Positions 1 through 13,439 of a DNA stretch of 64,000 nt are shown here, one piece after another. The notes beneath the pieces are model-generated. The model was not told the origin of the DNA and searched no databases. It saw only the letters and a program-made list of their open reading frames with translations. Origin of the DNA: Octopus sinensis (Eukaryota); NCBI RefSeq assembly GCF_006345805.1, contig NC_043000.1, positions 72,354,001 to 72,418,000 of the forward strand, read 5' to 3'. Numbering within the stretch: position 1 is the first letter of the stretch; each line of letters begins with the position of its first letter. A program made the translations under genes and the position numbers.

Positions 1-780
1 AGGTCTCTCGCCTGGCAGTGCTACAGAGGGGCTCTGCCTGTTCGAGATAAACTCTACCGGCACGGAACTGCCGTCAGCCGGGCCTGCCCGAGGTGTTGCC
101 AGGACGACGAAACCGTTCTGCACGCACTCGTCCAGTGCCCGAGTATTGCTGAAATATGGGTTTATGTCGAACAGCTACTGTCACGTGTAGGACGGATCCG
201 ACTATCGGCCGAATCCATAGTGAAGATTGCCCCGCCGACCTCCTTTAACAAGGAGGGCGAGGCCGTTTTCTTGTGCCTTGTGGCTGTGGCGAAAGAAGTC
301 GTGTGGTGGACTCGTTTGAAAGGGCTAAAGTCAGACACTTTCCTCTTTGGTCAAGGCCTCATCAACTTTTTCAAGTTTCACTTGAAAAGGAAGATGAGGT
401 TAGAGAGGAAAGTGCTGTCCGATAGCAAGTTTTATGAAAGGTGGGTGAATTGTGCGAGACTGGCCTGTATAAATGGACCAGTTCTCAGGTTTCGCCTGTG
501 ATTTCAAAGAAAAAGGTAATGTAAAAGGAGAAGAAAGGGGACTCTCTACACCCCCTTTTTTTGACCAGGCTCCCGTTGGCTTTTGTAGGGTTTTTTCCAC
601 CAGGAACCTTTCGAGACGTCTCCCCCTTTTGGGAGTTTTTCATTGTTTTAATAATCATTGCTTTAAAGTTTTTTACACGGATTTTTTAACAAACGGACAA
701 AACCCTTTGTAACCTTTCGTCCTGTCTTGTCCCTTTATGTAATCATGCGTGTCAGCCCTTGTGGCCAATAAAAAAGAATT
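1..780 (+). mobile_element. 3' end of a Tx1/L1-clade LINE: ORF2 C-terminus with CCHC knuckle (open frame 1-501) plus 3' UTR
   Basis: Frame 1 reads RSLAWQCYRGALPVRDKL...ACPRCCQDDETVLHALVQCP (CxxC..H..C) to the stop at 501. The UTR ends in AATAAAAAAGAA followed by (ATT)n. Confidence 0.85.
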
Positions 781-781
781 G

Positions 782-856
<75 letters not shown>
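782..856. repeat. (ATT)n microsatellite / LINE tail
   Basis: Perfect ATT run directly after the Tx1 3' end. Confidence 0.95.
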
Positions 857-858
<2 letters not shown>

Positions 859-1158
859 AAACGAGGAATTAATGAAATATATAATAACACGCACAAACAT
901 TGCACCAAAAGATTTTGTCGCACCCACAATCTCCCTACCTGCACACATACAAATCATTCAAACAATACAAAACATATACACACACTTAAAAACCCATTGC
1001 CCACAGGAAATCGGAGATTTTCGAGGGAATATCACCAAGATAATTCTTGGTGATTTGCTGTTGGAAACACCCCAAGCCAATAGGAGGGACGGGCAATCTG
1101 CCCCTCCAAACAAAGCCAAGTAAATTTTCCCTTTCATTTCGTCTCTTTTTCCGACAAC

Positions 1159-4013
1159 ATGGTTATGTACAAAATAAGCGGCGTGAATGTACATCAGCTG
1201 GGGTCGCCTTGGAAGCGGGGTCACCTGCTCAACGACCTCAGGGAACTAAATGTGGACGTGGTGGCAATTAGCGAAAGCAGAATTTCCGACCCACGGGACT
1301 TTCGACCTATTTTCGGTGACTCCAAGTCGTCCGGGGGCGGGAGGCGGAGTCGCCGTGATAGTTCAGAAAAATCTGGGTCTTGCAATACAGACGATCTTCC
1401 TGGACCCAGTATGTAAGTCGTTGGTCCTGGACGTGAAAGACAGCAAAGGACTTACTTTTAGGCCAGTTGTCGTCTATGCCCCGTAAGAGGCAGGGCGACC
1501 AGATTTCTTCAGACGCCTGGATACTTTCCTGGGAACTCCCCACTCTTAAATATTAGTGGGGGTTAGAATGGAGTTTTAGACGTAAAGTGGGACTGTGTAG
1601 GTTTAGCAGATAGGAGAGTAGGGTGCGAAAGCCTCGCAAACTTGCTCAGACGATTCCAACTGTCAGGCAGGTATCGACTGGATTTCCCGGAGGTGTCAGT
1701 GTGAACCTGGTCAAACTGCATCGGGTCATCCAGATCGTATCTAAGGCATTTTGTAGAGTAGCTGATAAGGATAGCATAGGTTGTCCACAGTTTAAAGCAG
1801 TCTACTATACAGACCACAAAATTCGTGATCTGTACAGTTGACCTAGATAGGATACTGGTTACTGGAACTGAACACGTCGTTGCCGGCGCGTAAAGGTTTC
1901 ACAAACCGGATTAGTGAACTAGTTGATGAGGGCAATAATCCAAAACAAATGGTGGTTCGCACTTAAAAGAATCAATAAGGTTTAGTAAAGGACTAGCAGT
2001 AGAACAAAACACTGATAGTCAAGAACTTAGACAAGACTTTTAGAAAAAGCATCGCGACCGACGTGCTCGCATCGAGACTGGCACTCGACCAATTCTTCAA
2101 CGCGAAACACGAAGGTTGCGATGTCATGGCTAAGGCACGAGCACTTAGATACGAAAGGACGAAAGCCGTTCAATGGGCCCGAGTGGCAGAGGCACAGCGT
2201 GGCATTAAATCCACCATCCGATCCTTATCGAAGGGCAAATGATATCTGATCCGGGACAGATATGTGAGGCCTTTCAGCGGCGCTTCGTATAACTGTTCGG
2301 GAGCAGCGGTGAGCTGGGTCGCAGGATCGATTTCACGTCCTACCTCGATGGGTTGCCATGGTTCTTGGAGACGGAGGCGGAGCGCTGCGAAAGCCGATAA
2401 CAGCCTTTGAAATACGGGAAGCAATGGCTAGCTGCACGAGGGGTAAATCGCCTAGTTTGCATGGTCTGCCCTAGGAGCTTTACGCTTACATGCCAGACTT
2501 GTTCGGTGACCTCTTAGCAAACATTTACTGCAACTGGCAACAGAATGGGAGAATTCCTAGTTTTGTGAGCCGAGGCGCGGTGGCGTTGCTGAGAAAAGAC
2601 CCGAACAAAGGGGATTGCTTTGACAACTTTAAGCCCATAACTCTGCTGAATGCAGAATTAAAAAATTTGGTCAAGGTATTAGCTACGAAGTTGGCGCTTG
2701 TCGTCGGGGATCTGGTAGGGGAGGCACAGACATGTGCCGAAAAGATCCATGTACGACAAAATTCACCTCATGCGATACATCACTGAAAAAGTGGCTAAAG
2801 AATCTGGCACGGGTAGGGTCCTGATCAATTTAGATCAGTCTAAAACTTTCGATAGGGTCAATCATCTATACATGACAGCGGTCCTGAAGGCAGTTGGTTG
2901 CGGGCCTGTATTCAGAGGCTGGATCGATGCAATGCGCAGCAACATCTGTTCAATGGTCAGAGTGAACGGTCACTTCTCAGAGCCGTTCAGCATCATGCGC
3001 TTGGTCCGGCAAGTTGCCCCCTCTCATCTCTCTTGTCCCTACTGACTCTCGAGTCACTAATATACAAGCTAGAAACGTTGAGAGGCATGTCACGTAACCT
3101 AGGACGTAGGAGGTGCGTGTTGGCATGTATCGACGACGTGACCGTAGTGGTGTCGGGTCATAAACACATAGAAATGATCGGCAACGCTCTCAAGAACTAC
3201 GACGCGGTTTCAGGAGCAATAGTTAAACAGGAATAATCAGTGGGCTTGCGGTTCGGCACCTGGAGAAGCAAGTCCATGTCGTCCAGCTGCATTGTTGTGT
3301 ACTGAGTGGACGGACCGGTTAAAATGCTCGGGGTCTGGTTTGGTCTAGATCTCCAGATGGACAAAGACTAGGACGAGGTAACGAGCAGGGTGACTACTCT
3401 CCCCCAGAAACGGGCCGAGAGAAAGATATCCCTGAAAGGTCGGGAAGAGGTGGCTAACGCGTATATCGTGTCCGTCATCTACTATCGTTTGACAGTGGTG
3501 CCTTGTCCTGGCCACCGTCTGATTACGCTGGAGCGTATACTCTTCCGCTTCTTGTGAAAGAGACGCGTTCCGATGGTGATGCGGTCTATCTGCTGTCCGA
3601 TCTGCTGCGTGGTGGACTGGTAATGCCGTAGTCGATGATGCACAGACATGCGCTGAGGCTACGATATCTCAAGTGCTTCCTTGACGATTAACAAGTGTGG
3701 TCGCTGTTCGCCAAACATATATTTCCGTAGCTAGTTTCCTTAGCGGAGTTGCAGCCCTGGATAAAACAGAGACCGAGGTGTGGGGCTTTTGGAAAGTTGA
3801 ATGTCTTCAAGCACTCACAGCCCTCAGCCAATCGGACAGTGCGATAGGTGGAATGTCCACTTTAGCTTTTATAGAAGATTAGTGAAAGAAAAATGCGACG
3901 ACTTTCTTTGGGAGACCTTGGGCGTCGAAGAAGATCAGCTAGTCGCTCTTTTCCGGAGAACTTTCGGGCCGGGACCAACGGATAATTTCCAAAAGTCTCT
4001 GGCTTGGCAGTGC
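1159..4013 (+). mobile_element. Degenerate Tx1/L1-clade LINE ORF2 (APE endonuclease + RT), many frameshifts and stops
   Basis: APE fragments (GVNVHQL..DVVAISE; GGGVAVIVQK..VYAP) and RT fragments (NFKPITLLNAELK, LINLDQSKTFDRVNH, VRQ..CPLS, CIDDVTVVV). Ends at KSLAWQC, homologous to window positions 1-21. Confidence 0.85.
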
Positions 4014-4600
4014 TTAACTGAACATTTCACTACTCCTCCGTATCACCTAAGATCGAACGGACAAGCTGAACGCTTTGTGGACACGTTCAAAAGGGTGCTA
4101 AGGAAAACAAGAAATGATGTAGCATTGCAACAGTTCCTGAGAGTTTACTGTGTAACGCTAAACCCAAATACTCCTTCAGGCAAGTCGCCTGTTGAACTGA
4201 TGTTTGCAAGAAAAATTGAATCAGTTTTTGACAAATTACTATCTGGGAGAAAAACATGAACAAGTATTTAGAAACTGATGATAAGCTGTTTTTCAGAGTG
4301 TACAGAAATGGGAAAGTAAGTTGGGAAGACGGCGAAAAACGGATCTGTAAAATGACGTACACGGTGAAAGTTTAGAGGCACGAATCAGCCGAAAAGAAGG
4401 TTTGCTGAAGAAAGTGTTACAAGGAAAGAAGTACTCATGGAAGTTCACTACGATACTTTTGATGTACCGACTCCACAAGAAATCATCGAACCAATGCGAA
4501 CTAGTACAAGAAAAAGAAAACATACAGAATTGTTGCAGGTAATTCCAAAGCGGAAAAATGTTAAGCTTCCGAGAGAAGTAAATCTCTAAAAGGGAGATTT
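4014..4600 (+). mobile_element. Gypsy-type LTR retrotransposon integrase relic
   Basis: EHFTTPPYHLRSNGQAERFVDTFKRVL...TPSGKSPVELMFARKI is an rve core C-terminal motif set. Confidence 0.8.
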
Positions 4601-4645
4601 GGTGTGAAAAAAATATTTATTCACTTACAACGGAAGTCAATCTCA

Positions 4646-4860
4646 AAAGAAGAGATGTGGTGATAGACAGTAACATACTTGTGTGATACCAATACCTCCA
4701 CTAATTTACTTGATGTAAGTGTGGGAGGGTGTATGTTTGAAACACAAAATATATTTATAATATATTTGGCTGCACCACCCCACGTACATTTTATTAACAT
4801 AGGTGATTATTAGATACATAATGCAATTTATATAATCATGACTTTATTGTAATATCATCA
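4646..4860 (+). mobile_element. Possible polypurine tract plus start of a 3' LTR
   Basis: AAAAGAAGAGA immediately followed by TGTGGTG, downstream of the integrase relic. No second LTR in the window to confirm. Confidence 0.3.
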
Positions 4861-4884
4861 TTATACGTAGCAGGGGACTATTTT

Positions 4885-4885
4885 C

Positions 4886-4940
<55 letters not shown>

Positions 4941-5059
4941 CACACACACACGCGCATGCACATACACACAAGTGTGTATGTGAGTAAAATATATATATAT
5001 TTTAACAGCGCCGGGTCGCGAGACTATACATACATACATACATACATACATACATACAT

Positions 5060-5149
<90 letters not shown>
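4885..5149. repeat. Compound (CA)n/(TACA)n/(TA)n microsatellite
   Basis: Directly visible. Confidence 0.95.
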
Positions 5150-5152
<3 letters not shown>

Positions 5153-5531
5153 GCAGGAGGCGCAGGAATGGCTGTGTGGTAAGTAGCTTGCATCCCAGCC
5201 ACATGGTTCCAGGTTCAGTCCTATAGTGTGGCACCTTGGGCAAGAGTCTTCTGCTATAGCATCGGGCCGACCAAAGCCTTGTGATGGAAACTGAAAGAAG
5301 CCCATCGTATATATATGTATGTATGTGTTTGTTGTTTGTGTCTGTATTTGCCCGCCCCCACTGCTTGACAACCGCTGCTTGAGTGTCTACGACCCCGTCA
5401 CTTAGCGGTCTGCAAAAAGGGAACGATAGAATAAGTACTAGGCTTACAAAGATAAGTCTGGGGTCGATTTTATTCGACTAAAGGTGGTGCTCCAGCATGA
5501 CCGCAGTCAAATGACTGAAACAAGTAAAAGA

Positions 5532-5532
<1 letters not shown>
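5150..5532 (+). mobile_element. tRNA-derived SINE, family A (full length)
   Basis: Box A-like TGGCTGTGTGG and box B-like GGTTCAGTCC. Homologous copies at 34670-35070 and 7401-7560. Tail GGTGCTCCAGCATGACCGCAGTCAAATGACTGAAAC. Confidence 0.85.
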
Positions 5533-5616
<84 letters not shown>

Positions 5617-5691
5617 AAATGTGACCGCGAGTGTACTGTTGGCGATTTTTTTTCCTCCGTCTTCCCTTCTCTGGATCTTTCCTTTTCCTAT

Positions 5692-5727
5692 GTTTCTGAC
5701 GAAGAGCTCTGCTCCAAACATTAAACC
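5692..5727 (+). ncRNA. Degenerate minimal hammerhead motif in a PLE terminal-repeat-like segment (~5630-5830)
   Basis: GTTT CTGACGA A GAGC-TCT-GCTC CAAACATT AAAC. Stems I and II are intact, but G12 and G16.2 are mutated relative to GAAACGTT. Confidence 0.6.
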
Positions 5728-5825
5728 CTCCTTCTTTCCTTCTTTCCTGAGCGTCCAATAACACTATACTTGTTCCACGTTCACGCGTTGTTGTGTTTTC
5801 TCTTTGTGTTTTCATGTTTGGATTA

Positions 5826-5916
<91 letters not shown>

Positions 5917-6229
5917 AAATTAAAAAAGGAAAATACGCACTCTTTACATAGTTTTAATATAATTTTTAATATACCGAACGGTTTCGCTATTGCTATTCAT
6001 GATATTATGTTTTACTTATTTGAATGGGCATTTTCTTAAGAAATGCAGTGTGCATCAAGGAAGGACACAGATCAGTGACCTGATTTCTCTAGTATGAAGA
6101 TGTGTCAGGGGCTAAAGTTCATTGCAGGCCTTCAGTACAATGCACGAGCTGCACTCAAGCGTTTTGAATTGTCTATGAGTGGAAAAGAAATTAAAGACTC
6201 GAGCTTTCACAGACAATACGGTGCTAACC

Positions 6230-6705
6230 GTTTGGGGGGGAGGCAAAAGTGTCTAGTCTAGAAATTTACCCGGAAAAGGTGTCTACAGTCACCAGTGTAG
6301 GCTAATTTTAAACGCTGGTCAGCAAATTGAAACCAGCAATAGCACCAAATGCCGAGGTCTATTTTCAAAGCAAGCATTGTAACTATGGAAAACCGGGTTT
6401 CGAGTTCCTGGAGCACTCCGCACACAGTCCCGATCTCGCCACTACGACTATCACCTCTTTGGACCAATCAAACATCCTTTATGACGTCGTCGATTTGCTA
6501 CGGACGAAGAAGCGTGCATAGAAGGCTGCGCACCCAGCCACGCGCATTCTTCTCTGATGAAATAAGCCAGCTTGTGAACCCCTGGAAGAAGTGCGGAAGA
6601 AGAGCAAGAAGGCTATAATCGAAAATAATGTAATCGTTCAACATCTGCTTTTGTTTTAATAAATTACTGAAACAAAAGTGCATATAATTTTTTACTTACC
6701 CTAGT
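6230..6705 (+). mobile_element. Mariner transposase 3' relic
   Basis: LEHSAHSPDLAT is a YSPDLAP-like motif, followed by frameshifted DYHLFGP. TIR-like end ...TTACTTACCCTAGTA. Confidence 0.7.
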
Positions 6706-7400
6706 ATATAATATAACTCATGAAAAAAAACTGCAAGAATTGCTTTTTATAACATTATTTTAAAACATTCTAAATATTCCTGAAAACATATTTAGGTGCC
6801 CAGCATCACCACGACCTCTGACTGAAACAAGTAAACTCGAATTAAGTTCAAGACTTAAAATCATTCTTTACTTCATAATTTATTCAGTTATAGTAGCTTC
6901 AAATCAATCAAAATCATAGAAGCTCGTCAGTTTTCAATTGTTTTTTTCTTTTTTAGTGATGTGTTTATTTGTTGATGCAAAATTATTGCTAGCATGACAA
7001 TAACTCCGGTTCCTGTTTATATATAAAGAAACCAATGAGAGAAGTTCTCAATATTTCCTGAAAGGAGTGAATGTATTTACTATCTTTCACAAAACCTGGA
7101 GAATACTTCAGCCTCGTTGGATAACAGGATAATAGGTTTCAGATTGCTAGACATGCACTTGTTGATTCTAACATCCTAGATATGATGGAATTTTATTGAA
7201 ATAACACTCCCAAACGTTATCTAGTTTATTATAAAGGATGTTCATGAAATTATAAACAAATTAAATACGTCGCTTCAATTATTTACGATTCGTTAAAAAA
7301 TGATGATGGTGATGGTAATGATACGGACACAACGATGACGACAATGATCATGATAGCAATGTTGAGTTTGATACTGATATTTTTAGTAATATCCACACGC

Positions 7401-7560
7401 GTGGCTGTGTGATAAGAATATTGCTTCCCAACTACATGGTTCCGGGTTCAGTCCCACTGTGTGACACATTGACACAGTATTTTCCAATTATAGCCTAGGG
7501 CCTACCAAATCTTTGTGAGTCGATTTGGCAGACGGAAACAGAAAGGAACTTGTCGTATAT
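7401..7560 (+). mobile_element. 5' part of SINE family A
   Basis: Alignable to 5165-5310. Confidence 0.7.
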
Positions 7561-8028
7561 ATAAATATACGTGCGTGCGTGTGAGTCTGTGTATGTATGT
7601 GTATGTATGTATGTATGTATGTATGTATGTATGTATGTATGTATGTATGTATGTGTATGTATGTATGTAGGTATGACCGATAAAATATATACCACGCTTA
7701 ATATAATAAAATATAATAACGATAGTGCATCCAGAACTACCTCGTTGTGTGCGAACATACCCGATTTCATTATTATATTTATGAGTTTCACAATGTCAAT
7801 AATAGAGTTAAATTTTTTTTTCTTTATTAAAAGATTAAGGAACCTTCTACACGGTTGCTCAAATATTGGTTATGGAAGATTGTAATAGCAAAAGTATTTA
7901 TTATACGAGGTGCATTCAAAAGTATCCGACTTTATTTTCTTACCGCCAAAACTAATAACTCGTGGACAAATGACTAGCATACAGACACGCAGTACGCATT
8001 CGTCGGATTTTCGTTTTCACGCAATATG

Positions 8029-8062
<34 letters not shown>

Positions 8063-8084
8063 TGTATGTATGTATGTATGTATG

Positions 8085-8116
<32 letters not shown>

Positions 8117-8519
8117 TGTATGTATGTATGTATGTATGTGTATGTGTATGTATGTATGTAGGTATGACCGATAAAATATATACCACGCTTAATATAATAA
8201 AATATAATAACGATAGTGCATCCAGAACTACCTCGTTGTGTGCGAACATACCCGATTTCATTATTATATTTATGAGTTTCACAATGTCAATAATAGAGTT
8301 AAATTTTTTTTTCTTTATTAAAAGATTAAGGAACCTTCTACACGGTTGCTCAAATATTGGTTATGGAAGATTGTAATAGCAAAAGTATTTATTATACGAG
8401 GTGCATTCAAAAGTATCCGACTTTATTTTCTTACCGCCAAAACTAATAACTCGTGGACAAATGACTAGCATACAGACACGCAGTACGCATTCGTCGGATT
8501 TTCGTTTTCACGCAATATG

Positions 8520-8553
<34 letters not shown>

Positions 8554-8580
8554 TGTATGTATGTATGTATGTATGTACGT
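7560..8580. repeat. ~490-bp tandem duplication containing (TGTA)n and a mariner-like terminus; 26-bp inverted repeat 8486-8511 / 8703-8728
   Basis: Identical blocks about 491 bp apart (7910 vs 8401). TATACGAGGTGCATTCAAAAGT resembles a mariner TIR. Confidence 0.85.
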
Positions 8581-11500
8581 ATGTATGTACGTATGTATGA
8601 CCGAACTCATCGTATAGAGATCGGCGACGATGTTCTTCATGAAGTCTGGGTCGTATGTACAGGTTTGCATGTACAGAGCGACTTTCATGCACGATGCGTC
8701 TGGTGAAAACGAAAATCCGACGAGTGCGCAGTACATGCCTGTACTCTTGGTGCAACAGCCGAGAGCTGATGCGACCTATCGGCGCATAGATTTAAGATAT
8801 TTCAGTTTTTGTTTTACCTTATTGTAGAGAACGAGAAAGAGGTGTTGATCTAGCACTTAAAAATATTGCTATCATGTTTAATCAATAAAATTGAAAATCA
8901 ATTGGGTTTTTTAAGGTAATTAGTAACACGTTCACTTAGTGTATGATATATGCGGTCGTCGAATTCTATCGGAGCGCCTCTTGTGCTAAAGGGTAGTGGA
9001 TTGATAAGATCAGTAGAACGGGAGGCTAAAGTATTGCAGTCATTAATTACATCCTTTATATTTTTAAAGTCAAATGAAACTCATCAATTTCTTTTGATCT
9101 TACTCCGGGAATCGATAAAATAAGTACCCAAATAAATGTACCAAATAAATCAGCTGAGAGTCCCTTCTCTGTATGTGATCCAGAATCTTAGTACGTGTAG
9201 AAGCAGCACAGCACCTTTTGTTCAATTTTGTTACCTCAACTTAAATGCATACGCTCCCGCACTAGCATGGCCATACAAACATCCGTGTGCAATTATACAT
9301 GCACACATAAATATTTCCCTTCCCTTTCGAAAAAGTATCAATGTTACAATTTCTGATTGCCTTTTCGTATGATTTTTGGATTTGTGCATATGATGCAAAC
9401 CAATTTCTTCATTGTTTTATATTATTCATTAGGCGAATTTTATCAGGGCAAATCCAAAGATAACTTTTATATGTTGTAGGAAATGATATTACATATAAAC
9501 TCCAGAAATAGAGCAAATGATGTAAAAATTAAATACAGTAAAGGAGAAAAACCCCTGACATTTGAAAAATCAAATAACAGTAATTAGAACTGCTAGGGTT
9601 TCCATAGGATAATTGTATTTAATGTCGTGTCCCCACGAGAGATACTGAAAATATATCAGAAAAAATATTTAGATGAATTTTGTGTTTTATAATATCCATT
9701 GAAAATAAGGTCAATATTTGGTAAAAAGAGGAAAAATTTGAGGAGACACTTTTAGTGTTTAGATGAATTTATTTAAACTTAACTGTCACAAACTTCGAGC
9801 TCAGCTAAATAATATAACAATTAGGTCATGTATCTCAATTTATGAAATATAAAACCTCTATTAATACGATATTTGATACGCCCTATTTTTAATAGATAAA
9901 GGAATGCGAAGTATCTCTTACGATAGTTTTCAACTGAAACTTGATATAGGTCAGCGAATTCCAGTAAAATTTATTTAGCAATGCAGTCGATTACCTCCAA
10001 ACCATGTATACGTAAGTTCAATTTTTGCGTGAGTATTCCTGCATAACGCTGTGTATACATTTATATTTCGTAATCATGTACGTATTTTCCAGGAAAGCAA
10101 CCTTAGAAGTGCACGCACTCACACACATACATGCTCATAATTACGCACATGCAAAAGCATAGATATGTATATTCTTATACACGCATACCTATATATATAC
10201 ATTTATATATGACAGAAGAGCCAAGTTCGCACAAGTACCCGGATTTTAATCACCATGTGCGGTATTTTGAGCAGCTGTCAGGTTTTGAAAGTCTCGCGTC
10301 AATCTTGTAAGCTCTGTGAGTATAATTGTGATTGATAAACATTGTATGAAAACCCATAGGAGAGAATTTCGGGTAATTTAAATTCCACCCTTGCCACACC
10401 CTTGTCACACGCTGATTCTACTTGAGAACTGCGCTAAGGATACATGTAACTGTAGAATATAGAATATTCAGTGATTTACATATAAAATTAATGGGCAGGT
10501 TGTTCAGATGATTGAACAGTTGAATACTCATTGGTGATATATATATATATCATAAAAGAAGGAAAGTGCACACAGTTTACATAGTTTTAATATATTGAAG
10601 TTATAGTAATTTCGTATTTTCTTAAGATTTTAGTCCATGCTTCACAAACTTGAAGCAATCAACAAATGGAAAAACGTAAGGTGAGGCAATTGGTGACAGT
10701 TATTAGTCAGGACAGTGGCGGTAATTGCTCATTTTGGGAGTGGGATAAATAAACATACAAAAACACATAAGCTAAAGTAGTGAGATAAAATATGTACACA
10801 CTGAGACCAAAGTTCATATTTAGGCGTGTTCTGTATTTTTCGATAAATAAATTTTCATTATTTAAACGTTCTTGTACAGAAATTGTTCCTTCGCACTGGC
10901 AGACGGGGAAAACTATGAAATTTGGGTGACGGTCCCCTACAAATCTATGTGTTCACTCAAAGTTATCCGTCTATACTTTGTTCCTTATGTTGTGTGATTT
11001 TCTGTCTAAGTGCCATACTTGTCTATCCTATATAGTTATGTCCACAACCTGAACTAGTTAAATTCTCGTATGCACAAGTGAAGTTGGTCTTAATTGTGAA
11101 CCTCTCTCCTTGTTTGAACTGGAATTCCGAGCCATCAAGTAGGTTGGGGCATGTTCCACAGTTTGCGCGTTCACATTTTTTAGTGTGTATCTACTCTACT
11201 ACATCCACCTGTCTGTCTTTCCTCCAGGCTATAGTATAAGATTCGTAGTCTAACCTCATTCGTGGTTGTTGTGTAAAGTGTCGCATTTGTTAGAAGTCTT
11301 TACAGCGATTTGGGTTGCTTTTTACATTTGAGGAATTTATATGTTTTCTGAATGTTGATCATTTTTAGATCCCTAGAGATAGATCTTTTACAATAGGATT
11401 ATATGCCTCATTGTTTCTAGGGTTGTGAATTGATATATACGGTAGTATTTTGAGATGAGGTGTGGTATTTCGTTTTCTTTGCCCTAGTGTTTTAATGCCT

Positions 11501-11633
11501 ATTTTCTTATATATATATTTTTTCTTTACATTACAACTCACCACGTGGGGACAATCGAAATTATCTTCCTTCCTTTTCTTACTATACACACACACATACA
11601 CACACACAGACACATACACACACACACACACAT

Positions 11634-11699
<66 letters not shown>

Positions 11700-11778
11700 G
11701 TAAAAGTGAAAAAGTAAACCGTTTTTGCATCACTTGAAAAAGACATTTAATTTATACAGAGAATATAGATATACAGAG

Positions 11779-11833
11779 CCTCTTACAGCTGTTTCTAGAA
11801 TTCATAGGCTGAGTAAACCGTCATCAGAGAGGG
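11779..11833 (-). ncRNA. Hammerhead motif, intact core but poor stem II
   Basis: Minus strand CCUCU CUGAUGA ... GAAAC AGCU GUA AGAGG, with 5-bp stem I and palindromic stem III ACAGCUGU. Confidence 0.65.
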
Positions 11834-13200
11834 AGAAGTAAGAGAGATGTAAAAGCGAGGGAAAATCCTCAATCAATGATGCTAGTGTGTCCCAGTTGTC
11901 AAGAATGGGGGTAGGATCAGAGTAAAATAGGAATGCGTTAGGTAGATCCATGATCAAGTGAGAAATACAGTTATAGGTAATATTCAATAGCACCTTCAAA
12001 TGTAAATGTTCGATGAAAATTAGTGGTAAGAAACAGTGGAAATTACCAGTTTCAGTTTTGAATAGAGAATGAATGAGGTTAGAAAAGGAATCTTATACTA
12101 TAGCCTAGAGGAAATACAGACAGATGGATGTAGTAGAGTAGATACACGCTAATTAGTATAGTGGAGGTATTGCATGTCGAGAGAGGTTAGGGGGTGCATG
12201 TATAGAGACAGATACATAAAGAGATGAAGACTAGCAGATGTCATATGATGTCAAATGACTACCAAAGCTGTCAGAGTTAGCAAAATGGGAGGGAGTGCTA
12301 GTAATGATAAAGCGGTTGTAAAAGATAATGAAGATATCGCGATAAAGGGTTCCTTATAATAGTGGAAGTGAGTGGATATTAAGGACTCGCCTGGTGCTAG
12401 AAATATATTATATAAAAAAAAATTAAATGTGTGGTGTTAATGAAGGTGTATGCTCATTGGAAACCGAGATGTGAAAATGAAGATTTAAAACGATAACTCA
12501 AAGCTAAGTCAAAGGTAGATATATATAAATAAATAGATTAGGGATATATATTTACTAAGTTTAGGTATAGTGAAATTAAAGGAACCAGGAATGAAGATAA
12601 TACAGTGCCAATGGGCAATAGGAGCTTAATATATTAAGCAAATTAGTGAAGAGAGCTGGAAAGATTGATTATGTATATGCATTTTATTAATTCGCATATG
12701 GCACCAAACCATGAGGAGAGAGGCCTAGTGTTGTTCTATCAATTACGAGGGTGTTGCAGCTGAGAGGATATCTTATTAATTATAATCTAGTTGAAAGGTG
12801 TTAAATATGGAATAAAGGAGAGAAAGAGGATCTACAGAGGAAGAAAAAGATATGAGGAAATTTAATTAGGTATGATGCCTAAGCTAAATGTTAGTGAGAA
12901 TTAGAATTAGTTGCTTTACTGCACCTAGACCTGTGGTGGAACTTCAATGACAAAATGTCTGGATACACGTAGAGAAGGCTTTATGCTGCTTGTTTAATAA
13001 TTGTGTATGGTTATTGTGACAAGATTTAAAGACATTCTTACAAACATATCCAGCAGGGGATATGTTGGCTTTGATATGGAGCGCCCAAGTCTATTATGGA
13101 ATAATTTATGTCCTCCTAAGGTAGTGTATATTCTCTGCGAGAGAAGTGGATTTATGTTTTTCTTATTTAAAATGCGCAAAGTGTCTATTAATTTCAAAGA
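11834..13200 (-). mobile_element. Highly decayed Penelope-like RT relic
   Basis: Scattered PLE-RT-like peptides (NPLSRYLHYLLQPL, CLYTCTP similar to SLYTNIP) upstream of an HHR on the same strand. Confidence 0.45.
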
Positions 13201-13250
13201 TACACTGCGCATTGAAACTCTTAAATATGAAACACATGCACACGCACACA

Positions 13251-13303
<53 letters not shown>

Positions 13304-13439
13304 ATTGTTTGGTTTGCTTATTGGTATAATATAACTCTTATACAAGTAAAATGAATTCTGTCTTCTTCACTGAGGTTTAGTGGGTTATATTTTTATCGTC
13401 TAATACTGAAGGCCTAATTCACATTTACAGTTACAGTAA

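Noticed and set aside
7560-8580. Second retrozyme-like tandem
   Set aside because: No hammerhead core on either strand; a simple duplication, possibly assembly-related.
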